In this document: piece by piece, positions 1 through 8,941 of the stretch
How the letters are laid out: each line of letters starts with the position of its first letter
Position numbering within the stretch: position 1 is the stretch's first letter
DNA from: Gammaproteobacteria bacterium
GTDB lineage: Bacteria > Pseudomonadota > Gammaproteobacteria > Eutrophobiales > Eutrophobiaceae
Direction of reading: 5' to 3'
NCBI GenBank assembly: GCA_965116495.1
Contig: OZ220696.1
Span: forward strand, 3,200,001-3,264,000
Length of the DNA stretch: 64,000 nt
The notes under the pieces: model-generated
What the model was told of the DNA's origin: nothing
Seen by the model: the letters and a program-made list of their open reading frames with translations, nothing else
The model's database searches: none
Translations under genes and position numbers: made by a program

Positions 1-83
1 CCTTCGATGATCGCATAGCCGTCCTGTTCGACGGCCATTCCAATGGCGCCGGCACCAGCGCCGGCTTGAAAACGAGCAGCCAC
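1..83 (-). CDS. 5' part of a probable phytanoyl-CoA dioxygenase (PhyH)-family protein, runs off the window
   Basis: Manual translation from GTG at 83 gives MAARFQAGAGAGAIGMAVEQDGYAIIEG. DGYAIIE resembles the PhyH-family first strand. Starts 3 nt after the SDR stop. Confidence 0.45.
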   Translation of the reverse strand, partial: MAARFQAGAGAGAIGMAVEQDGYAIIE

Positions 84-86
84 AGG

Positions 87-890
87 CTAGTCTGGCTGGA
101 CCATGAAGCGTACGGAAGTGCCACCGTCCACCAGCAGACTTTGCCCGGTAATGTAGCTGGCCAGGTCGGACAGCAAAAAGACGATGGGCGCGGCAATTTC
201 TTCCGGGGTTGCGGTTCGTTGCAACGGAATTTTATGCGAATAACTTTCCGGACCCGGAATGTTCCCCTGCTTGATATTTTTCAGAAGCACCGGCGTATCG
301 ACCCGGCCCGGTGCGACCGCGTTGACACGAATTCCATGCCGCGCCCAGTTGACTGCCATCGCACGAGTCATGCCTTCCAGCGCACTCTTGGCGATGGCAT
401 ACAGGCCTAACCGTTCGGTGGCAAAAAATGCACTGACGGAAGACACGTTAACGATACTGCCCGGCTGCCCGGATCGGATCAGGCATTCTGCAACCCTTGT
501 GCTCAATCGAAACGCACAATGCAGGTTGAGGTCGAGCACTTCCGACAACCGGGTCTCGTCAGCCTGCTCAAGATCGCACCAGTCGGAACCGCGTATGCCG
601 CCTATTACATTGACCAGGTGGGGCAGGCCGGACGAGGAATTATCCAGTGCGGCTACCAGTCCGGCCACAGCGTCACCATCCCGCGCATCAAGCACGTGAG
701 TTTCGAACTTTGCGCCGAGGCCGGTCAATTGCGGGTCAAGTTCGGCAAGCGCGGCTGCAGACTTGTCTACGGCTATGATCTTCGCCCCGGCTGCCGCTAA
801 CGCCAGGCAAGTGGCTGTGCCGATCCCCCCTCCGCCTGCTCCGGCGACCAGTACCGCGTTACCGCGAAAGGTATTGTGGTCGAGGATCAT
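87..890 (-). CDS. SDR family NAD(P)-dependent oxidoreductase
   Basis: AGAGGGGIG Rossmann loop, IVNVSS, YAIAK (YxxxK), VNAVAPG, YITGQSLLVDGG. Confidence 0.95.
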   Translation of the reverse strand: MILDHNTFRGNAVLVAGAGGGGIGTATCLALAAAGAKIIAVDKSAAALAELDPQLTGLGAKFETHVLDARDGDAVAGLVAALDNSSSGLPHLVNVIGGIRGSDWCDLEQADETRLSEVLDLNLHCAFRLSTRVAECLIRSGQPGSIVNVSSVSAFFATERLGLYAIAKSALEGMTRAMAVNWARHGIRVNAVAPGRVDTPVLLKNIKQGNIPGPESYSHKIPLQRTATPEEIAAPIVFLLSDLASYITGQSLLVDGGTSVRFMVQPD

Positions 891-930
891 ATGCCCTGAC
901 GCGGGATCGCCGACGAATCCTCAGCAGCAA

Positions 931-3234
931 TTAAAAGTTCCAGGTAATGTCCACCCCTGCAGATTGCAGCGCTCCGGGGTAAATCCGCATTTGCTGAACC
1001 CCTGAAAGCGGTGCACCGTCGGTGGTTGACGGTGCGATAGTCACGCGCCGGTTCCACTTCTCATCCAGCACGTTGTCGACCCACACGCTGATCTCCAGAC
1101 GTTCGCCCATGAACCCGGCCCGCAAATTCAGCAGACTGATGTCACCCTGGGACGCCTGGTTCAGGCTCAAATTGTAACTGCTCTCCTGAAAACTGTAGTC
1201 GGCGCGCAGGTAGAAATCGAAGCTGCTGAACAGATCGGGAATTGAATAATTGGCGTTTATCGCAAACTGGGTATCCGTGGTGCGGGCGAGTTGGTTTCCG
1301 CCGACCAGGCTGCTGCAGCCTTTTTCGATTACCCGCGTACCGATTAATTCGCCGCAGGGAGACAGGACCTCGCCATCGCTCACGCCACTTTTGTAACGCG
1401 GGTCTATTACCGCGAACGCGCCCCTGATCCAGAAGTTGTCGCTGAGGTAAGCCGTCGCATCGAACTCAACCCCGGTTGAAAGCGCGCCACCCGAGTTGGT
1501 ATTGACCGAGACCGTACTGCCGGGAATCGCCGCCTGGATCTGGAGGTCTTCCCAGTCGATATGGAAAACATTGCCGGTAACCACCAGGCGATTATTCAAT
1601 AGCGCTGCCTTGACGCCGAATTCGTAAGTCCAGTTGGATTCCTCATCGAAGGTGAGCTCCGGCAACCCGGCTGCGTTGGCATTAAATCCGCCCACCTTTA
1701 CACCACGCGCAACAGACGCATACCAGAGCATATTGTCAGAGCTCGCAAACTCCAGCGTAAAGCGCGGTGTCACGTAATCGAAACTCTGTGAACCGGTAAC
1801 TCCGGAGGTAAGACCGGTGCCGACCAGGTCCTGATCTTCGTCCGCGTAGCGCACTTCGACACTGGCGTTCCACTGGTCATTGAACTGGTATCCCAGCGAC
1901 CCGAAGATTGCATAGGCTTCCGTATAAATCCTGTTGCCGCGGCCAAAGAAAGGAACCGGTTGCGCAAGCGGCTGGCGCAGCGGCTGGAACAGGACCTCGA
2001 GAACATCTTCATCAACGCTGTCGTAGATGAAACCGCCGATGCTCCAGCTTAACGGGCCGTCGGAATTTGATGCCAGCCTCAATTCATAACTCTCGGCGTC
2101 GCCCTCGGGGGTGGAGGCGTCGATGAAAGTCTGCACGGACAAGCCCGGGATGAAAAATGGAATATTGACGGCGATGGGATTGGTCGACGTATCGACGAGC
2201 AACTCGAATTCGCTCTCCACCTTGCTGGCCAGGAACGATAAGGTGCCTATGCTCGTGTCCCATTCAAGCTGGGCGTAGAACAGGTCCGTGTTACCCGTCA
2301 GGCCGACTGCCACCGGCGAGACGTCTACCGTATCGGTCTTCGGTACCGCGCCGCAAAAAAGCGTGTTGAATTCCGAACCTCCCGGGAAATTGACGGTCCT
2401 CGACCCGCAGTTGTTACTCCTGGTCGGAAACAGTTTCAGCGCCGGCGCATCATTTTCCTGTTCGTTACGCACCGCCGTCAGCCTGATGCTGAAATTATCG
2501 GTCGGCTCGGCCAACAGACTGACGCCGAACGCGTTGCGCTCCGAGTAGCCGCCCAATGTACCCCCGTCGCGGTCGTTGTCGATCGTGCCGTCATACTCAC
2601 TGGCGCCGCCGAACAAACGTATTGCCACCTTGTCGCCAATAGGAACGCTGAAAGAACCGCGCACCCCGTAGCGGTCATCGGTACCGAGAGTGCCGCGTAT
2701 TTTGCCCGAGAATTCGCCAAGCTCCGGCGCCTTGGTGACGTAATTGATTGCTCCCGAGAAGGTGTTGCGGCCGTAAAGTGCGCTCTGCGGTCCCTTGACG
2801 ACCTCTATGCGCTCCAGGTCCAGGGCGCCGAACTCAAGACCGGACCGGTTATTCAGGTAAACGCCATCGACAAACACGCCGACATTGCCCTGCAGCGAGG
2901 TCTGGGTGGTCTGGGCCAGCCCGCGGATGACCGTGTTTTGATAGGCGCCGTTGACGTCCTGGAAGGCAAGCCCGGGGGTTATCGCCGCCAGGTCCTCAAG
3001 TTCGAAAACGTTGGCCCGCTCCATGGTCTGTTCGTCGATAGCCGAAATATTGAGCGGTACGTCAAGCAGGCTCTCCTGGCGTTTTCGAGCGGTTACAACG
3101 ATTTCATCTATTGTTTGTGCCGCCAGGTCTGCCGCAAACAGGCTGGCTGCAATGAGACCGATTCCGGCATAGGTGAGGGATGTACGAACTCTGGGGAATG
3201 CCATCATGATGATGTCTCCATAGATTGCGGTCAC
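931..3234 (-). CDS. TonB-dependent receptor
   Basis: Signal peptide, DEIVVTARKR TonB box, LERIEVVKGPQSALYGRN plug motif, C-terminal aromatic residue (ITWNF). True start probably about 3207. Confidence 0.95.
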   Translation of the reverse strand: MTAIYGDIIMMAFPRVRTSLTYAGIGLIAASLFAADLAAQTIDEIVVTARKRQESLLDVPLNISAIDEQTMERANVFELEDLAAITPGLAFQDVNGAYQNTVIRGLAQTTQTSLQGNVGVFVDGVYLNNRSGLEFGALDLERIEVVKGPQSALYGRNTFSGAINYVTKAPELGEFSGKIRGTLGTDDRYGVRGSFSVPIGDKVAIRLFGGASEYDGTIDNDRDGGTLGGYSERNAFGVSLLAEPTDNFSIRLTAVRNEQENDAPALKLFPTRSNNCGSRTVNFPGGSEFNTLFCGAVPKTDTVDVSPVAVGLTGNTDLFYAQLEWDTSIGTLSFLASKVESEFELLVDTSTNPIAVNIPFFIPGLSVQTFIDASTPEGDAESYELRLASNSDGPLSWSIGGFIYDSVDEDVLEVLFQPLRQPLAQPVPFFGRGNRIYTEAYAIFGSLGYQFNDQWNASVEVRYADEDQDLVGTGLTSGVTGSQSFDYVTPRFTLEFASSDNMLWYASVARGVKVGGFNANAAGLPELTFDEESNWTYEFGVKAALLNNRLVVTGNVFHIDWEDLQIQAAIPGSTVSVNTNSGGALSTGVEFDATAYLSDNFWIRGAFAVIDPRYKSGVSDGEVLSPCGELIGTRVIEKGCSSLVGGNQLARTTDTQFAINANYSIPDLFSSFDFYLRADYSFQESSYNLSLNQASQGDISLLNLRAGFMGERLEISVWVDNVLDEKWNRRVTIAPSTTDGAPLSGVQQMRIYPGALQSAGVDITWNF

Positions 3235-3298
3235 TAAAGCCCGGGGACCGATACTCGTGAAACAACTGGTTTTTCAATAATCCTGCATTTATACTAAT

Positions 3299-3324
3299 TT
3301 AGTGTTTGATAAATTGCTTGTCAA
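3299..3324 (-). promoter_or_regulatory. -35 box plus degenerate TTATC-N4-GATAA operator upstream of the TBDR
   Basis: Minus strand reads TTGACA-AGCAAT-TTATC-AAAC-ACTAA, same layout as at 17388, 24791 and 40231. Confidence 0.5.
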
Positions 3325-3408
3325 ATACAATGTCCCGGCAATAACAAATTCTTACGTATCATATTGTTTGGTCCGGCGGCGCTAAACGCAGAAAAAGGTG
3401 TTGGTACA

Positions 3409-4542
3409 ATGACATTTATTACTCAATCCGACGCAAAACCCCTGGGCCGGATGGACTGCGCGCTGTCCCAGCGGGGACGGGCCGGGCTTGAATTCCTCGG
3501 GTCGGTACAAAAGTTTTCCTCCCGTGCATTGAGACAAAAAGCCCGGGAAGATTTTGCGGAAGATCCTGATAGCCGGTACCTGCTTGATAAACCCCTGTCC
3601 CGGGGCAAAACCGGGTGGCCGCAGACAATTGCCCGCGTCCGGCAAACTGCGCAACGCTCATCCGCCTACCGTCTCGAGCGTTTCTACCAGCGCTACGTCG
3701 CTGAAGAGGTTTATAACCGCGGTATTCCGGCTATTGAAGAGAGACGCAGTGCGTTCGAGCAACTGTTCAGTGCACCGGTTGACCCTGCCGGGGGGAACCT
3801 GGAACTTGATCCGGATCTCGACATCCCCGATTTTTTTACCGGCGTTGAGTGGCATCTCGAACCGGGTGGCTGGGATGGCTATGATCTGTACGGGGCCTTG
3901 TTCGCATTCGGCATCGGACCGATGGTGTTCCGGCATGGCGGTTATGCCGCGGTCGAGGTCGATGATGACATCATTGCGCAACGTGAAAGCTTTGTCAGAC
4001 AGTTGCGAAATGATCATTACGACAGGATTTATGAACCCGGTTGCGGCGGGTTCTCGACCCTCGGCGTAGCACACCGGGTTTTCCCGGAGGCACAGCTTGC
4101 GGGCTGTGACCTGTCCCCGCTATTATTGAAAATGGGCCATATGCTGGCGGAAAAATCGGGAGTAGCGGTTGACTTCAGGCAACGCGACCTGCGCGCCACC
4201 CGGGAGCCTGACGCTTCGGTTGATGCCGTCCTGATGTACGCGCTCTTGCATGAACTGCCCACGGCGGTTGCTGTCGACGGGTTTCGCGAGGCGCTGCGCA
4301 TACTCAAACCGGGCGGCGAAATCGTGATCTCGGACCCGCCGCCTTTCCATGCAGTTGCGCCGCTGCAGGCGGTGCTGCTCGATTGGGAAACCGAAAACCG
4401 TGAAGAACCTTACTTCAGTGCCGCCTGCGAGATGGATTGGGGACGCGAACTTGAAAGTGCCGGGTTTGCCAACGTTGAGTCTTATCCCTTGGGCGACCAG
4501 AGTTACCCATGGATCAACCGTGCAAACAAACCCGCCGGGTGA
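3409..4542 (+). CDS. Class I SAM-dependent methyltransferase with long N-terminal extension
   Basis: IYEPGCGGF motif I, GCDLS, LLHE, LRILKPGG. ATG at 3409 preferred over TTG at 3364. Confidence 0.85.
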   Translation: MTFITQSDAKPLGRMDCALSQRGRAGLEFLGSVQKFSSRALRQKAREDFAEDPDSRYLLDKPLSRGKTGWPQTIARVRQTAQRSSAYRLERFYQRYVAEEVYNRGIPAIEERRSAFEQLFSAPVDPAGGNLELDPDLDIPDFFTGVEWHLEPGGWDGYDLYGALFAFGIGPMVFRHGGYAAVEVDDDIIAQRESFVRQLRNDHYDRIYEPGCGGFSTLGVAHRVFPEAQLAGCDLSPLLLKMGHMLAEKSGVAVDFRQRDLRATREPDASVDAVLMYALLHELPTAVAVDGFREALRILKPGGEIVISDPPPFHAVAPLQAVLLDWETENREEPYFSAACEMDWGRELESAGFANVESYPLGDQSYPWINRANKPAG

Positions 4543-4554
4543 AGGTTACGATCT

Positions 4555-4872
4555 ATGAGCGAGAGAAAAACACCGCGCTACCTGGATGCCAACAACCTTG
4601 ACGACCTGGCGCGCATAAACACCGCGTTGTTGTCGGAGTTGTGGATCATGCGGGACCGCCTGGCTGTTTTAGAACAGATTCTGCAGGAAAAAAACATTCT
4701 CAGCGAGAATGAGGTCAACGACTATGTTCCGGACGGCAGCGTTGCCGAAAGAATCGAAGCGCTGCGCAACACCATCGTTGCCAATGTCGCCGGCGCGCCC
4801 CTGACAGGCCAGGACCGGAGCGTGGAAAAGCTGAAGAAGCAGGCGGGCTCCTGGCAGGCCGGCGGCGGCTGA
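4555..4872 (+). CDS. Small helical hypothetical protein
   Basis: 105 aa, 12 nt after the methyltransferase, same strand, amphipathic LLSELWIMRDRLAVLEQIL helix. Confidence 0.8.
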   Translation: MSERKTPRYLDANNLDDLARINTALLSELWIMRDRLAVLEQILQEKNILSENEVNDYVPDGSVAERIEALRNTIVANVAGAPLTGQDRSVEKLKKQAGSWQAGGG

Positions 4873-4895
4873 TCGATGTTGATGCCGGACGCATA

Positions 4896-6266
4896 GTGAC
4901 TGTAAGCAAAGACCCGCCGGCAGCGGAAGTGTGGCTGCCAACGAGCACACGCCTTGGCTGGGGCGTCGGCAGCCTGGGCATGTCGTTGCTGTTTAACGCG
5001 ACCGGCCTGCTGTTGCTGCGCTACCTGGTGGACCACGTCGGCATTGCGGCGGGTGTGGCCGGCTTGTTGATCGGCGGCGCCAAGATTTATGACGCCATCA
5101 CTGATCCGATAATGGGAACCATCAGTGACCGGACCAGGAGTGCCGCAGGACGCCGGCGACCCTACCTGCTGCTGGGTTCTTTTGTCTCCAGCCTGTCTTT
5201 CATCCTGCTCTTCACCCTGGCGGGAATAAAGGGATCTGAATACATACTGGTGGTTACGGCACTGGCGCTGCTGCTTAATGCAACCGGCTACACGATCTTC
5301 AATATACCGTACCTGGCCATGCCCGCCGAAATGACGCAGAGCTACCATGAGCGTACCAGCCTGATGTCGTTTCGGGTTGCCTCCGTCGCCGTCGGACAAC
5401 TGGCCGCCTCTGTCGCCGGCCCTTTGATACTCACCGCCTACGGCGGCGGTGCAACAGGCCACACGGCCATGGCGCTGGCGCTTGGACCGATAATCTTTGT
5501 GACCGGCGCCGTATGTTTCTGGATGACCAGGAACGCCCCGGTCCAGTACCAATCACAAACGTCGGCAGGTTTTGCCGAACAGTTTCGTACGGCAATGGAA
5601 AATCGCCCCTTCATCCTGTTACTGGGCGCAAAATTCCTGCAGCTCCTGGGTCTGGCCATTTTTATTTCGATGCTGCCGTTCCTGTTTACCCGCGCCCTGA
5701 AGGTACCGGACACATATCTCGGATTATACTTTCTGGGACAGGCTTCTTTCATGCTTTTGTCACAACCCGTCTGGGTAAGGATAAGCCGCCATTCCGGCAA
5801 GCGGACCTGCTATTTCATAGCGGTTGTTATCTACACGGGCGCGTGTCTGAGCTGGCTGTTCGCCGGTGTGGGCGAGCCCGGCATCAACATCGTGGCGCGA
5901 GGTATGGTGGCCGGGTTGGGAGCGGGCGGGCTGCTGCTGACCGGCCAGTCCATGCTGCCGGACACGATGGAATACGACTACCAGTTATCGGGGGTAAGAC
6001 GCGAAGGCGTGCTCGCCGGGGTATATACAACCGTCGAAAAATTTTCCTTTTCATTCGGCCCTGCCATTGCCGGAATGCTGCTCGGCGCAGCCGGTTATAT
6101 CCAGGCAGCGGATGTCAGCGTAGAACAGCCTGAAGCAGCCATCAAGGTCATGTACGTATGCGTCGCAGTACTGCCGGCCATCGCCGCACTTGCCAGCGCC
6201 CTGTTATTGCTGGGCTACCGGATCACCGAGGACAGTTTGCGGGCAGGCAAAGCGCCTGGCCCCTGA
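4896..6266 (+). CDS. MFS transporter, GPH/MelB family
   Basis: YDAITDPIMGTISDRTRSAAGRRRPY signature, about 12 TM segments, REGVLAG. Confidence 0.92.
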   Translation: MTVSKDPPAAEVWLPTSTRLGWGVGSLGMSLLFNATGLLLLRYLVDHVGIAAGVAGLLIGGAKIYDAITDPIMGTISDRTRSAAGRRRPYLLLGSFVSSLSFILLFTLAGIKGSEYILVVTALALLLNATGYTIFNIPYLAMPAEMTQSYHERTSLMSFRVASVAVGQLAASVAGPLILTAYGGGATGHTAMALALGPIIFVTGAVCFWMTRNAPVQYQSQTSAGFAEQFRTAMENRPFILLLGAKFLQLLGLAIFISMLPFLFTRALKVPDTYLGLYFLGQASFMLLSQPVWVRISRHSGKRTCYFIAVVIYTGACLSWLFAGVGEPGINIVARGMVAGLGAGGLLLTGQSMLPDTMEYDYQLSGVRREGVLAGVYTTVEKFSFSFGPAIAGMLLGAAGYIQAADVSVEQPEAAIKVMYVCVAVLPAIAALASALLLLGYRITEDSLRAGKAPGP

Positions 6267-6277
6267 AGTTCGAACTT

Positions 6278-7075
6278 ATGCCCGGTATTGACGTTAACGG
6301 TATCCGCGTCCACTACCGGAGCAGTGGCGCCGGCAGCAGCGATCGCGTGGCGATTTTTGTCCATGCTTTTTTGCTGGACTCGCGCCTGTGGCTGGATCAG
6401 TTACAGTCACTTGAAGATATGCGTCATTGCATAGCCGTCGACCTTCCGGGTTTCGGGCAGTCTGATTCGGTCGCGCGGCGAAAAATCGAACCGGAGAGTT
6501 ATGCGGATGACCTGGTCGACTTCGTCCACGCGCTCGGCATCGACACCGCAATCGACTGGGTAGGCTTCAGCGGAGGGGCGGTCTTGTCGGCAATGGTGCA
6601 GCAGCGCGCACCCGAAATGGTGTCGTCCCTGGTGTTGCTGAGCTCTCAATTTACTTCCGGACCGGACCAGACGTACCGGCGTTACCAGGCCGAGATGGCG
6701 CGGCTTGTTGTCGTTGAGGGCAAGGATGCGCTGTTCAGACGCTTCGACGAATACATTTTTGGCGATAACCCTGACCTGTTCGCCCGGGCCAGGTACAAGA
6801 CAATGCTGGATACGACCGGCAACGAGATGTTCGTCGCATTTCTGACCAGCCAGGCGCTGCGCCCCAGGCCGGAACTGTTGCAGGGTCTGGATAAGCCCGT
6901 ACTGTTCCCGGTTGGTGAAAAAGATGTGGTCGCGACGCCGGAGCACATGCAAAAGCTGGCAGCAGGCATTCCACGCGCCACGGTTGCCACCCTGCCGCAG
7001 GGTGGACGCTTGTTGCCCCTGGAGTGCCCGCAGCAACTGAGTGATGCGATTCGGGACTTCTGGTCCGCGCTCTGA
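6278..7075 (+). CDS. Alpha/beta fold hydrolase
   Basis: FVHAF, DLPGFGQS, GFSGG nucleophile elbow. ATG at 6278 follows the MFS stop. Confidence 0.85.
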   Translation: MPGIDVNGIRVHYRSSGAGSSDRVAIFVHAFLLDSRLWLDQLQSLEDMRHCIAVDLPGFGQSDSVARRKIEPESYADDLVDFVHALGIDTAIDWVGFSGGAVLSAMVQQRAPEMVSSLVLLSSQFTSGPDQTYRRYQAEMARLVVVEGKDALFRRFDEYIFGDNPDLFARARYKTMLDTTGNEMFVAFLTSQALRPRPELLQGLDKPVLFPVGEKDVVATPEHMQKLAAGIPRATVATLPQGGRLLPLECPQQLSDAIRDFWSAL

Positions 7076-7901
7076 TTTGCCAACGTACTGCGTGCCTGCA
7101 GCAACAGATATTTCGACGACACACCATCTTACTGGTCAGGGTGAGTTTTCGATACTTGGGGTTAGACCAGGCAAGCCGGCCCCACAGCCGGTCACGGCAA
7201 TCGTACTTCCAGGCGCCAACTGCAGGGCGGAGCGGTATCTCTGGTTAACGCGCGGGCTTGCGGGGAAAGGCTGGCATTGTCTGTTAATCGACCCTGCGGA
7301 AACCGAAAGGCCTTCCTTGTCTGACCCTGCGGTAAACGTCACGGGTCGCTATGTTTCGCTGCAGCAGTTAATGAGCGCGTTTGGTGCCGCCCTCGACGAC
7401 GTGGCCGGCAGCAGGATTGTATTGATTGGCCATTCGCTGGGCGGCAGCGTGGTCCTAGAAGCCCTCGACCCGGAAGAGGCGCGACGCAACCCCGGTTCCG
7501 GTGATGTCCCTGATTGTTCCGCCCTCGGACAGTGTCTCGCCGCCGTAACCATGGGAGCAACCTTGCAACCCGCAGTGATGGGAACCGTAATGGCATGGCG
7601 GCGCGAGCATGAACCCTTGTCCAGGGCAGGCAACCTGCCCCTGTTGATGCTGGCCGGGGAAGACGACGGATTGGCGCCGCCGGACCTCGTGCAAAAAACA
7701 TTCAACCGCTACTCTCCCCCAAAGCAGCTGGAAGTGCTGGCCGGGTCCAATCATTTCGGCTGGACGAGCGGGAACGGCGATCTTGACCGGCAGGACCTGG
7801 ATGGTATCGCGGCACAACCGCGGGCGACCCAGCAGGCTGCCACCATCGGTCTTATCAGCGGGTTCGTCGATGCCGCGTTAACATCGCCGCACAGCGGGTA
7901 G
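7041..7901 (+). CDS. Alpha/beta fold hydrolase (start uncertain)
   Basis: GHSLGG, AGEDDG, NHFG catalytic triad candidates. Confidence 0.75.
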   Translation: MMRFGTSGPRSDLPTYCVPAATDISTTHHLTGQGEFSILGVRPGKPAPQPVTAIVLPGANCRAERYLWLTRGLAGKGWHCLLIDPAETERPSLSDPAVNVTGRYVSLQQLMSAFGAALDDVAGSRIVLIGHSLGGSVVLEALDPEEARRNPGSGDVPDCSALGQCLAAVTMGATLQPAVMGTVMAWRREHEPLSRAGNLPLLMLAGEDDGLAPPDLVQKTFNRYSPPKQLEVLAGSNHFGWTSGNGDLDRQDLDGIAAQPRATQQAATIGLISGFVDAALTSPHSG

Positions 7902-7939
7902 GCGCCGTGATGCGCCGGCCGGGCAAACCTTGCAGCGCG

Positions 7940-8941
7940 CTATTGCAAACGCACCGGCGCTTCGATAGGACCGTTACCCACCCGTGTGCCTTCGGCGTAG
8001 GTCACCTCGAGCCACATGGCGCCGTTTTCCGTTAACGGGCCTTCCGGCCAGCCCCAGATACTCTTCGGCGGCTGGTCGATGAAGTAATCCTTGTTCACCA
8101 CGACGTGTTGGCCGGCAGCACCGGGATTTGCGGCTGTTCCCACTTTAAGGTCGCCGTACAGGATGTAATAAAAACGCTGCGCCTTGTTGAAATAAACACG
8201 TTGCGGCGCCCCCGGGTGCGACCATCCCGGCGGCGCGTAACGCAGCACGGAACGAAATCCTCCCTGCCAGTCGTCGCTCAGCCATTTAATGCTGACTCCC
8301 GGCAGTTCCCTGTCCGTTTCCCATTCCATTTCCTCGGGGACCGCCGAGTGCTGGATATGGGGATTGGTCCAGTGTTTGACGTCTTTCCAGGTATCCTTGT
8401 AACGGCGCGACTCCGGGTCCAGCGAAAGCGTCTCGCCGCCTGATGAGAACGCCAGGTGTACCGAGGCGGGCGGGATCTTCTGCCACGCCATGACGTCCGC
8501 CCTGCTGGCGTGGATACTGTATGCGGGCCTGGACATCCAGGTCCCTGTACGCATGCGCACCAGGGAGCCCAGTTTCTGCGTGGGGCTGACGAATTCGTAA
8601 TGCATGAAGTTCCCCTCGAGCACGTAACCCCACTCGTGGAAGTCATGGTAATGCCGGTTGGTAAGATAGGCATCCCAGCCCGGGACAAAGTTGATATAAA
8701 GCAGCATTGCCCCATCCTCGTTCGAATACAGTATTTTTCCCTTGCTCCTGCGGTGTTTGCCCATGCTGAAGCGTTCGTCCCAGTCCACCGTATCGGCATC
8801 CACCACGTTCAGGGAGCGCCAGGTGTCGTTCGCTTCGTCTGCGTTGACGGCAACTGCGTGGAAGAGAAGCAACAGGCACAGTAACAGTGCCGTACCCGGT
8901 TCGGTCAGGCGCAGGGGAATGAGCCGGTTCAGTTCAATCAT
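7940..8941 (-). CDS. Exported tandem cupin-like (DUF4437/ChrR-like) protein
   Basis: Signal peptide ending AVNA, HYHDFHEWGYVLEG...RPAYSIH cupin motif and a second degenerate repeat (FYYILYGDL...DQPPKSIW). Confidence 0.6.
   Translation of the reverse strand: MIELNRLIPLRLTEPGTALLLCLLLLFHAVAVNADEANDTWRSLNVVDADTVDWDERFSMGKHRRSKGKILYSNEDGAMLLYINFVPGWDAYLTNRHYHDFHEWGYVLEGNFMHYEFVSPTQKLGSLVRMRTGTWMSRPAYSIHASRADVMAWQKIPPASVHLAFSSGGETLSLDPESRRYKDTWKDVKHWTNPHIQHSAVPEEMEWETDRELPGVSIKWLSDDWQGGFRSVLRYAPPGWSHPGAPQRVYFNKAQRFYYILYGDLKVGTAANPGAAGQHVVVNKDYFIDQPPKSIWGWPEGPLTENGAMWLEVTYAEGTRVGNGPIEAPVRLQ

Noticed and set aside
4555-4872. C-terminal GG as a ubiquitin-like or sulfur-carrier signal
   Set aside because: The protein looks helical rather than beta-grasp, and no ThiF/E1 partner is nearby
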